Of a DNA stretch of 64,000 bases, positions 1 to 7,783 are shown piece after piece (position 1 is the first letter of the stretch; each line of letters starts with the position of its first letter). Below the pieces are notes generated by a model that had not been told where the DNA came from, ran no database searches, and saw only the letters and a program-made list of their open reading frames with translations. Source of the stretch: an uncultured Bacilli bacterium (GTDB lineage Bacteria > Bacillota_I > Bacilli_A > RF39 > UBA660); the NCBI GenBank assembly GCA_934120265.1, contig CAKOTU010000004.1:285-64284 (forward strand). The letters run 5' to 3'. The position numbers were made by a program, and so were the translations under genes.

Positions 1-1414
1 ATACTATTTGATAGCACAGGCATGTGATAAAGCTGGAAATTGTGCTAGAAAAACATCAAATAAATTTTTAGTAGATAATACAGCGCCAACGTGCAATTGG
101 AGTGGAGAAAATAGTACTTGGTCAGCAAGTGCTCAAACGATAAAACTAACAGGAACGGATAACCATAAGATGAATAGTTCAAAGACGTCTTATACAAAAA
201 CATATAATCAAAGTGGTGTAGAGTTGGCGACAGATAGTTTATCATATGAGATAGAGGATGAAGCTGGAAATAAAAGAACATGTAGTAAAACAGTAAGCGT
301 TTATTATGACACAAAGAAACCATCTATAACATATGTAAATAATGAAAGTAATGAAGAATGGACAAACAAAGACTTTAAAGTAAGTCTTACTGTAACAGAA
401 GATGGATCAGGAATAGGTGAAGAACAGTATTCATATCAATCAAATACAGGATGGACAAAAGATAACGCAACTATAAGTGGAAATACAGTTACTACGTCAA
501 ACTTTTCAGCAGAAAGAGACCAATTAGCATATATAAGAGTATGCGATAAAGTAGGAAATTGTTCTTCACAAGTTTCAACACGAATTAGAATAGATAAGAC
601 CGCTCCGGTAATAACAAATGTAAATAATAAAAGTGGTGGGAATTGGACAAACGAAAACTTTCAAGTAATACTTACAGTAACAGAAAATGGATCAGGAATA
701 GATGAAGAACAATATTCATATCAGTCAAATACAGGATGGACAAAAGATAGTGCAACCATAAGTGGAAATACTGTCACAACGGCTTATTTCTCTAAAGAAA
801 GAAATCAATTAGCATATATAAGGGTGTGTGATAAAGCAGGAAATTGTTCTTCGCAAGTTTCAACACAAATTAGGATAGACAAGACAAAACCAAGCATTAG
901 TGCTTCTGTTGGAAGTTGTTCTGGTGATAAAAGAACTATTTCAATTAAAGCTACTGACTCATCATCCGGAATATCTGGTTATGCAATAACAACATCATCA
1001 AGTACACCTTCATCATTCTCTTCGTCATCAAGTGGTAGTTACTCTGCAGGAACGTATTATGTTTGGGCTAAAGATAATGCAGGAAATATTAATAGTACAA
1101 CGGTAACTGTAGCTAACTGTATAACGTCCGCAGATATATGTAGTGCTGGTTTTGGAAATTTATTTGGTACATATAAAGGTAATCTTTCAGGTAACTTTGG
1201 TAGTTATTATACGAATTTAAATCCTAGTGGCAAATGGGGAAATTGGTGTGAAGCAGATGGTACGACATGTTCCCCAACAACAGGATACGATATAAAATGT
1301 GTGGGTTCAACATGCTCTACTTATGGTATTTATGGATTGACAGCTGTACAAATTAATGATACATATGGTTGTAGTTATGCAAAATATTGGTGTAGTTGTA
1401 AAGGTGCTTTCTAA
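1..1414 (+). CDS. C-terminal part of a large secreted/surface protein with at least 5 Ig-like modules and a Cys-rich tail (5' end outside the window)
   Basis: The frame is open from the window edge. Modules end in CDK[AV]GNC ... IDKTxP, or AKDNAGN in the last one. The last ~100 aa contain 11 Cys. No LPXTG or hydrophobic C-terminal anchor is present. Confidence 0.6.
   Translation, partial: YYLIAQACDKAGNCARKTSNKFLVDNTAPTCNWSGENSTWSASAQTIKLTGTDNHKMNSSKTSYTKTYNQSGVELATDSLSYEIEDEAGNKRTCSKTVSVYYDTKKPSITYVNNESNEEWTNKDFKVSLTVTEDGSGIGEEQYSYQSNTGWTKDNATISGNTVTTSNFSAERDQLAYIRVCDKVGNCSSQVSTRIRIDKTAPVITNVNNKSGGNWTNENFQVILTVTENGSGIDEEQYSYQSNTGWTKDSATISGNTVTTAYFSKERNQLAYIRVCDKAGNCSSQVSTQIRIDKTKPSISASVGSCSGDKRTISIKATDSSSGISGYAITTSSSTPSSFSSSSSGSYSAGTYYVWAKDNAGNINSTTVTVANCITSADICSAGFGNLFGTYKGNLSGNFGSYYTNLNPSGKWGNWCEADGTTCSPTTGYDIKCVGSTCSTYGIYGLTAVQINDTYGCSYAKYWCSCKGAF
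323..892 (+). repeat. Two tandem 285-bp (95-aa) in-frame repeats inside the surface protein gene
   Basis: aa 106-200 and 201-295 align without gaps (...NWTN.NF.V.LTVTE.GSGI.EEQYSYQSNTGWTKD.ATISGNTVTT..FS.ER.QLAYIRVCDK.GNCSSQVST.IRIDKT.P). Confidence 0.85.
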
Positions 1415-1428
1415 AAGGAGAAATTAGT

Positions 1429-1800
1429 ATGAATAAGAAAAAAACAATAATATTAGTGGCTATTATAATTTGTTTACTTTTGCTTTTAGTAGTTATCTTT
1501 TATCCAAAAAAGACAGAAGATTTGGTGAAAGATGATGTTGCAGAGTGGGATATCGATTTAATGAGAAAATTTTCTTCCTATGTTGAAGAAGTATATCCAA
1601 GTGATAAGAGTTATTTAACAAGTGATACCGAATCTATAATAATTACACTTCAAGATTTAAAAGAAAATTATAATAAAGATGTTTCAATGTTTAATACCAA
1701 AAGAGTTTCTTGTGACTTAGAAAAAAGTACAATTGAGATATTAAAAGATGATGATAACGAAATTAGAAAAATTGATCTATTGTGTGAGAAAAAGAATTAA
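1429..1800 (+). CDS. Hypothetical membrane-anchored protein (one N-terminal TM helix)
   Basis: RBS aaggag lies 8 nt upstream. The N-terminus is KKKTIILVAIIICLLLLLVVIF. No motif recognised. Confidence 0.5.
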   Translation: MNKKKTIILVAIIICLLLLLVVIFYPKKTEDLVKDDVAEWDIDLMRKFSSYVEEVYPSDKSYLTSDTESIIITLQDLKENYNKDVSMFNTKRVSCDLEKSTIEILKDDDNEIRKIDLLCEKKN

Positions 1801-1821
1801 TCAATTTGTATTTTAAAACAT

Positions 1822-1850
1822 AAAAAGCGCTTAATTTTAAGCGCTTTTTT
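1822..1850. terminator. Bidirectional intrinsic terminator between convergent genes
   Basis: aaaaagcgcttaa-ttt-taagcgctttttt: a GC-cored hairpin flanked by an A-run and a T-run. Confidence 0.7.
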
Positions 1851-2301
1851 ATAAATAATATTCATCTATTTCAGGTTCAATATTTTTATTATGATCTTTT
1901 AATTCCCATATTGTTTTAATTGTTTCTATTGTATTTTTTTCTTCTTTAGTTATAATATCAGAAAGTGACAAAATCCCTACTAATTTCATGTTGTTACTAA
2001 CAAGTATTCTTTTTATTTTTTCTTTAGCCATAATAGTTAAAGCATCGTTTATTTCTTTATTCCACTCAATATGAATAATGTTTTTGTTAATATATCCTTC
2101 TATAATATCGCTGTTATTACAATTATTACTTATACAGTTTATAACAATATCTCTGTCAGTTATAACACCAATAATTTTTTTATCACTTTTTATAGGTAGA
2201 AAACCAATGTTATTTTTTTTCATGATAGTCGCAATCTCTACAATAGAATTTTTTGCATCACCAACAATAATGTTTTTGTTAACAACTTCTTTTATTTTCA
2301 T
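1849..2301 (-). CDS. CBS-pair domain protein
   Basis: Two CBS-like units (GFLPI...GVITDRDIV and ILVSNNMKLVGILSLSDI). I prefer the start at 2301 (MKIKEVV, preceded by ggtgat) over the track start at 2346, which has no RBS. Confidence 0.7.
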   Translation of the reverse strand: MKIKEVVNKNIIVGDAKNSIVEIATIMKKNNIGFLPIKSDKKIIGVITDRDIVINCISNNCNNSDIIEGYINKNIIHIEWNKEINDALTIMAKEKIKRILVSNNMKLVGILSLSDIITKEEKNTIETIKTIWELKDHNKNIEPEIDEYYL

Positions 2302-2366
2302 AAAATCACCATTAATATATTTAACGTATTTATGAAAAATATTCATAATATTAAATAGGTGATTAT

Positions 2367-3134
2367 ATGAATAAAAGAATTCACTTAAGAAAGAAAATAA
2401 TATTATTTAATAGAAAAAAGAAAACTAATATATTTGTTTTTACAGCTGTATTTTTTGTAGTATGTGTGATCTTAGTATTTAACTTTATTAATAAAAAAGT
2501 TTCACCAGTTATTTTAAATTATGCGGAATTAGAAGCTAGAAAGTTAGCTACATTAGTAATTAATTCAGCAATTAGTAAAAACATTTCAAATAAAATAAAA
2601 TCTGATGAAATATTTTTAATAACCAAAGATTCAAATGATCAAATTAGTACTATAGATTTTAATCCCTCTATAGTTAATAGTATTTTAACTGAAACAACTA
2701 CTATAATTCAAAAAGAATTAAAAAAAATTGAAGATGGGGAAGTAGATGATATTAAAAATTTTGATTTAGATTATATAAGTAATAACAATAAATTAAAAAA
2801 AGGTATTATTTTTGAAATACCTAGTGGTTTAGTCTTTCAGAATGCTTTTTTTTCTAATCTAGGTCCAACAATTCCTATAAAATTAAATTTGGTTGGCGAC
2901 ATAATAAGCGAAGTAACTACTAAGGTTACTAATTATGGAATAAATAATGCACTTATAGAAGTTAGAATATGTATTAAATTAACAGAACAAGTTATTCTTC
3001 CACTTACTACTGATAGAATTGAAATAGAAAGTAGTGTTCCTGTAGCGCTCAAACTAATTCAAGGCACAGTTCCAAATTATTATTTAAATGGTATTAGTAA
3101 CAGTTCTAATTCTCTTACAATTCCAACACAATAA
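2367..3134 (+). CDS. yunB: Sporulation protein YunB
   Basis: N-terminal TM helix. NLGPTIPIKLNLVGD and YGINNALIEV match remembered B. subtilis YunB blocks (NLGPKIPVRFNLIGD, YGINNALI). RBS aggtga. Confidence 0.8.
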   Translation: MNKRIHLRKKIILFNRKKKTNIFVFTAVFFVVCVILVFNFINKKVSPVILNYAELEARKLATLVINSAISKNISNKIKSDEIFLITKDSNDQISTIDFNPSIVNSILTETTTIIQKELKKIEDGEVDDIKNFDLDYISNNNKLKKGIIFEIPSGLVFQNAFFSNLGPTIPIKLNLVGDIISEVTTKVTNYGINNALIEVRICIKLTEQVILPLTTDRIEIESSVPVALKLIQGTVPNYYLNGISNSSNSLTIPTQ

Positions 3135-3168
3135 CTTGTAAATATAAAAAAAATAAAATATAATAAAT

Positions 3169-3465
3169 ATGGATGGTGATAGTATGCGAATAAAAACTTA
3201 TACATTCGAAGGTAATAACTATGAATTAGTAAAAAATTACAAAGAAGGCTTTGAAAAGGATGCGGTAGAAAATCTTATAACTGACTATTTTAAAGAATAT
3301 GATTATATAGTTGGTGATTGGTCGTATGGTCATCTTCGTTTAAAAGGATTTTGTGATAAAAACAATAAATTATTTAAAATGATCAACAATATTGATAATT
3401 TGGATAATTACATAAAAGATAATTGTGCATATGACTGTCGTTATTTTGTTTTAAAACGTGTTTAA
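3169..3465 (+). CDS. yutD: YutD-like protein (DUF1027)
   Basis: DYIVGDWSYGHLRLKGF resembles the DUF1027 core, and the gene sits next to yunB as in B. subtilis. An alternative start at 3184 has the better RBS (ggtgat). Confidence 0.5.
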   Translation: MDGDSMRIKTYTFEGNNYELVKNYKEGFEKDAVENLITDYFKEYDYIVGDWSYGHLRLKGFCDKNNKLFKMINNIDNLDNYIKDNCAYDCRYFVLKRV

Positions 3466-3487
3466 GCATTATTATTAATAAAAAATA

Positions 3488-3678
3488 TTGAAAGATTAAA
3501 AATAATTATGTATAATTAATACAGTAAAGGTAGTGATAGTATGGTTAAAGAGATGAATATGAAACTAGCTCAAGCTTCAACCTGGGGGGGGGTTATTTAA
3601 TCATACTATAATATTAAATAGAAAAGAAAACACAAAGTTTCTAGATTTTTTGATAATCTAGATTTCTTTGTGTTTTTT
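3488..3678 (+). promoter_or_regulatory. Leader cassette copy 1: promoter, helix-enclosed mini-ORF with G9 tract, intrinsic terminator
   Basis: TTGAAA(3488)-17 nt-TATAAT(3511). Mini-ORF 3541-3600 encodes MVKEMNMKLAQASTWGGVI. G-run 3584-3592. atagtatggttaaa pairs with tttaatcatactat. Terminator 3630-3678: acacaaagtttctagat / atctagatttctttgtgt plus a T-run. Confidence 0.7.
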
Positions 3679-3823
3679 GTTGAACCTTTATGGATTTATA
3701 AAACAGAAAGAAGTGGTATTATAAGTACAATATTTTAGTGAAAGCTGTATTATGTCTATATGTTTATAATAAATAAAAAGGGGTATAATTAGAATGTATA
3801 ATAAAGAGAGGAGTAAGAAATAT

Positions 3824-5674
3824 ATGAAAAAGAAAGGATTTACTTTAATAGAGTTATTAGCAGTAATAGTAGTACTAGCAATAATAGCGCTAATCGCAAC
3901 ACCAATAGTAACAAGAGTAATAAATTCTAGTAAGGATTCTGCTAATAAAATAAGTGCAAGTAATTTTGCTAGTGAGGCTAATAAGTATGTAATAGAAGAA
4001 AGACTAAGTGGGAATATAAAGAATGGAAATATTTTTAATGAAGTGTCTAAAAGAATGAATGGTAAGAAACCTACTTCGGGAGTAGTTTATGCGGATGACA
4101 ATGGGAATATCGCTTTAGCTTTAGTATTTGATGATAAATGTTATACAAAGGAATACGGTAGTGATGAAATAAAAACAACTGACATTAATGAATGTCATGC
4201 CCCAGTAGATTATTTAGCACTTGGAAATACAGAGAATGATACAGAAGCAACATTCTTTAATGGACCTATCAAAAAAAGTAGTGTTGAAAAAATAGTGTTT
4301 GTAAATAGTAATCTTGTTCCAACAGATGCAATAGGAAAATGGAATGCAAGTGCAAGTGGTGAAGGAGATGTAGTTGCTTGGTACAAAGATGAAGATAAAA
4401 ATAACTTATACGAAGTATATATAGGTGGAAAAGACGGAGTAAAAGCTAATCCTAACTCATACAAATTATTTAATTATTTTACAAACTTAGTAAGTATAGA
4501 TTTAAAATATCTTGATACATCAAGCGTTATAGATATGTCTTTAATGTTTAATGATTGTTTAAATTTGACTACACTTAATTTAAGTAATTTTGATACATCA
4601 AGTGTTACAACTATGGCAGGTATGTTTCAGAACTGCTCCAAATTAATTACACTAGATTTAAGTAATTTTGATACTTCAAATGTTGTAAATATGAGAAATA
4701 TGTTTGCTTGGTGTTCAAATTTAAATGCCTTAGATTTAAGCAACTTTGACACGTCAAACGTTACTACTATGTATAGTATGTTTCAACTATGTTCAAACTT
4801 AACAACATTAGATGTAAGCCATTTTAATACATCAAACGTTACGAATATGTCATTTATGTTTAGCAAATGTTCAAGCTTAACAACATTAGATGTAAGTAAT
4901 TTTGATACATCAAACGTTACGAGTATGAAAGCTATGTTTCAACTATGTTCAAGTTTAACAACACTAGATGTAAGTAATTTTAATACATTGATGGTAACCG
5001 ATATGTCATATATGTTTAGCAAATGCTCAAGCTTAACAACGTTAGATGTAAGTAATTTTGACACCTCAAAGGTAACCAATATGGGATATATGTTTAATGA
5101 ATGCTCAAATTTGACAACATTAGATGTAAGCAATTTTGATACATCCAAAGTAACTGATATATCTCGTATGTTTCAAGGTTGTTCAAAATTAACCTATTTA
5201 GATGTAAGCAACTTTGATACATCGAATGTTACCAATATGCGTACTATGTTTCAAAAGTGTTCAAAATTAACTCAATTAGATGTAAGCAACTTTGATACAT
5301 CAAAAGTAACAGATATGGCTTATATGTTTTATGGATGTTCAAATTTAATAACATTAAACATAAGAGGCTTTAACACAACAAAAGTAACCGATATGAGTTA
5401 TATGTTTGAAAATTGTTCAAGGTTAACTAATTTAGATTTGAGTAGTTTTGAAACTAGTAAGTTACAAAATACGGAGCACATGTTTAATGGAAGTTCAAAA
5501 TTAGCAAATATTAATTTTTCAAAAGCAACATTTAACGCTGTAACTAAATATGATAAGATGTTTGGTGGATGTGGATTAATTAGTATTACAGTAAAAGATG
5601 ACGATGCAAAAACATTTATTGATGCTAGATTAAAAGATTCAAGTATTAATATTGAAGCAACAAAACAAAGCTAG
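3824..5674 (+). CDS. Modular prepilin-type protein: class III signal peptide, ~130-aa pilin-like head, 13 BspA/DUF285-type leucine-rich repeats
   Basis: MKKKGFTLIELLAVIVVLAIIALIATP. RBS gagaggag lies 10 nt before the ATG at 3824; the track start at 3794 has no RBS. The 25-aa periodic unit is LDVSNFDTSNVTNMxxMFxxCSxLTT. Confidence 0.85.
   Translation: MKKKGFTLIELLAVIVVLAIIALIATPIVTRVINSSKDSANKISASNFASEANKYVIEERLSGNIKNGNIFNEVSKRMNGKKPTSGVVYADDNGNIALALVFDDKCYTKEYGSDEIKTTDINECHAPVDYLALGNTENDTEATFFNGPIKKSSVEKIVFVNSNLVPTDAIGKWNASASGEGDVVAWYKDEDKNNLYEVYIGGKDGVKANPNSYKLFNYFTNLVSIDLKYLDTSSVIDMSLMFNDCLNLTTLNLSNFDTSSVTTMAGMFQNCSKLITLDLSNFDTSNVVNMRNMFAWCSNLNALDLSNFDTSNVTTMYSMFQLCSNLTTLDVSHFNTSNVTNMSFMFSKCSSLTTLDVSNFDTSNVTSMKAMFQLCSSLTTLDVSNFNTLMVTDMSYMFSKCSSLTTLDVSNFDTSKVTNMGYMFNECSNLTTLDVSNFDTSKVTDISRMFQGCSKLTYLDVSNFDTSNVTNMRTMFQKCSKLTQLDVSNFDTSKVTDMAYMFYGCSNLITLNIRGFNTTKVTDMSYMFENCSRLTNLDLSSFETSKLQNTEHMFNGSSKLANINFSKATFNAVTKYDKMFGGCGLISITVKDDDAKTFIDARLKDSSINIEATKQS
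4480..5520 (+). repeat. 13 in-frame ~75-bp LRR units (coordinates approximate)
   Basis: I counted 13 [NHGS]F[DNE]T[ST]xV motifs at 25-aa spacing. Confidence 0.8.
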
Positions 5675-5682
5675 AAAATAAG

Positions 5683-5716
5683 CACATAAGATTATATATT
5701 GTCTTATGTGTTTTTT
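5683..5716 (+). terminator. Intrinsic terminator after the first LRR-pilin gene
   Basis: cacataaga-(loop)-tcttatgtg followed by tttttt. Confidence 0.75.
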
Positions 5717-5782
5717 GACCAATAAAAACCATTTTAAAAAAGTGATAAACGTGTTATAATATTGTCATAGTGGAGGATAGAT

Positions 5783-6887
5783 ATGGAATTAAATGAAATA
5801 TATAGTATTTATAATAAATATCTAGAAAATATCCAAGAATTATGGAGGTTACTTTGACTTTGAAGCTAAAACCAAAGAAATAGAATCACTTGAGTTAAAG
5901 ATGAAAGATCCTAACTTTTGGAATGATAAACGAGAAAGCGAGAAAGCAATTTCTACTGCAAATTCATTAAAAGATATGATAGAAAAAGTAAAGAATCTAA
6001 AAGAAAAAATCGAAAGTAACTTTGAGATGATTGAAGAGTTAAGAAAATCTTATGATGAAGAATTAGTTGAGATGATTTCTAGTGATATAGAGGTTATAGG
6101 TAAGGAATTAGATGAAGTTGAAGTTTTAATGTTATTGTCTGGTCCATACGATAAAGATAACGCCATTGTAGAAATTCACTCTGGCGCAGGGGGAACAGAA
6201 GCTTGCGATTGGGCTAATATGTTATATCGTATGTATACAAGATGGTGTGAAAAGAAAAATTATAAAGTTGAGGTTATTGATAGTCAACCTGGAGAAGAAG
6301 TTGGAATTAAAAGTTTAACAATGTTTGTTAAAGGAATGAATGCTTTTGGATATTTAAAAAATGAAAAAGGAGTTCATCGTTTAGTTAGAATTTCTCCATT
6401 TGATTCAAATGCCAGAAGACATACATCATTTGCATCAATTGATGTAACCCCACTTATAGAAAATAGTGATATTAAAATAGAAATAAATCCTAGTGATATT
6501 AGGGTTGATGTTTATAGAAGTAGTGGTTGCGGTGGACAAGGCGTTAATACAACGGACTCGGCAGTAAGAATTACTCACTTTCCAACTAAGATTGTTGTTA
6601 CTTGTCAAAACGAACGTAGTCAAATACAAAATAAAGAAAAAGCTATGGAAGTTTTAAAAAGTAAGCTTTATCAATTGGAAATGGAAAAAAGAAATAATGA
6701 GTTAAAAGAACTAAAAGGAAATCAAAATGATATTAACTTTGGCTCACAAATAAGAAGTTATGTTATGTGTCCATATTCTATGGTAAAAGATCATAGAACT
6801 AATGTTGAAACAAGTAGCGTTGATAAAGTTTTAGATGGAGATATAGATTTGTTTATTAATGCTAGTTTGAAGGAAGTGAAGAAGTAA
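5783..6887 (+). CDS. prfB: Peptide chain release factor 2, expressed via programmed +1 frameshift
   Basis: ORF0 (5783-5854, MELNEIYSIYNKYLENIQELWRLL) ends at CTT TGA C. The +1 frame continues as DFEAKTKEIE... into the track ORF. GGQ motif present (SGCGGQGVNT). Confidence 0.95.
5844..5858 (+). promoter_or_regulatory. RF2 autoregulatory frameshift site
   Basis: Internal SD-like GGAGG (5844-5848), 3-nt spacer, then CTT TGA C (5852-5858). Confidence 0.9.
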
Positions 6888-7771
6888 TGTTTTTTAAAAG
6901 AAAAAATAAGATAGATGATAATTCTATTATGAAAGCTATTTACAAAAAGGGAAGATTAGTTAGATATGCGCAATTCCTTTTAGGAATTATGCTTGTTGCG
7001 TGTGCATTTAATGTTTTTCTTCTTCCTAATGATGTTGTATATGGCGTAGGCGGTATTGGTGTTATTTTAAATAAGACTAAAGGTATTAACCCTTCAATAG
7101 TTGTTTTGATAGGTTCATTAATTTTATTAGTATTGAGTTTCTTTTTACTTGGTAAGGAAGAAACTAAAAATTCAGTTATAGGATCACTTTTATATCCTTT
7201 ATTTATAGAATTAACCGCACCTTTAGTTCAATATGTAAATTTAGGTCATACAGAAATAATAGTTCAAATTGTTTTTGGAGCAGTTATATCCGGTTTAGGA
7301 CTTGGTTTAATTTTTAAGTCAGGATTTACAACAGGTGGAACTGACATACTAAATCAAATATTTGCTAAATATTTTAAAACTTCGATGGGTAAAGCAATGA
7401 TTTTTACAGATGGTTTAATTATTGCTGTTAGTTTATTTGTTTTTGGATTTGAAAAATTTATTTATTCACTAATAAATATGTATATTATAAGTGTTATGGC
7501 TGATAAAGTAATGCTTGGAATATCTAAATCAAAAGCATTTTATATAATAACAGATAATGAAACTAGTGTTAAAAAATTTATTTTGAACCATTTATCACAT
7601 GGTGTTACAGTATTAGAAGGTAGAGGTGGATATACTGGAAATAACCAAAAGGTTATTATGTGTATAGTTCCAACAAAAGAATATTTTATTGCTAAAGAAG
7701 GGATACATGCTATAGATCCTAATGCATTTTTCTTAGTAACAGATGCATACGAGGTATATGGTGGAGAATAG
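6887..7771 (+). CDS. YitT-family membrane protein (C-terminal DUF2179)
   Basis: Multi-TM N-terminal part with GGTDIL. The C-terminal VTVLEGRGGYTG block is typical of YitT/DUF2179. The ATG overlaps the prfB stop (TAATG). Confidence 0.7.
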   Translation: MFFKRKNKIDDNSIMKAIYKKGRLVRYAQFLLGIMLVACAFNVFLLPNDVVYGVGGIGVILNKTKGINPSIVVLIGSLILLVLSFFLLGKEETKNSVIGSLLYPLFIELTAPLVQYVNLGHTEIIVQIVFGAVISGLGLGLIFKSGFTTGGTDILNQIFAKYFKTSMGKAMIFTDGLIIAVSLFVFGFEKFIYSLINMYIISVMADKVMLGISKSKAFYIITDNETSVKKFILNHLSHGVTVLEGRGGYTGNNQKVIMCIVPTKEYFIAKEGIHAIDPNAFFLVTDAYEVYGGE

Positions 7772-7783
7772 AAGAGGTGTTAT

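Noticed and set aside
45-323. Minus-strand ORFs lying inside long plus-strand genes. Examples: 45-323, 2078-2335 (+, inside the minus-strand CBS gene), 4210-4464, 4939-5148, 6435-6629, 8131-8355, 8951-9391, 17172-17447, 18200-18388, 19937-20137, 20713-20898, 21370-21642, 22803-23072, 25883-26122, 26327-26587, 26931-27140, 33584-33769, 34069-34323, 35675-35866, 36302-36640, 36595-36804, 37195-37410, 37733-37981, 40201-40395, 41875-42189, 43121-43348, 44260-44466, 44773-44988, 45780-45989, 48963-49196, 49429-49653, 51263-51496, 53122-53328, 55140-55337, 56292-56742, 62716-63258.
   Set aside because: They are shadow frames of confidently assigned genes on the other strand. They have low-complexity or odd composition, no RBS and no recognisable motifs.
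3584-3592. The poly-G tract considered as part of a G-quadruplex or of a known riboswitch, such as the c-di-GMP classes that control type IV pili in Clostridioides.
   Set aside because: There is only one G-run per element, and a quadruplex needs four. The surrounding sequence does not resemble the c-di-GMP-I/II, preQ1, guanidine or ZTP consensus sequences I can recall. I kept it as an unknown leader instead.
4480-5520. The regular ~75-bp periodicity could be mistaken for a CRISPR-like or satellite array.
   Set aside because: The repeats are in-frame, imperfect, have no unique spacers, and translate into a clean 25-aa leucine-rich repeat.
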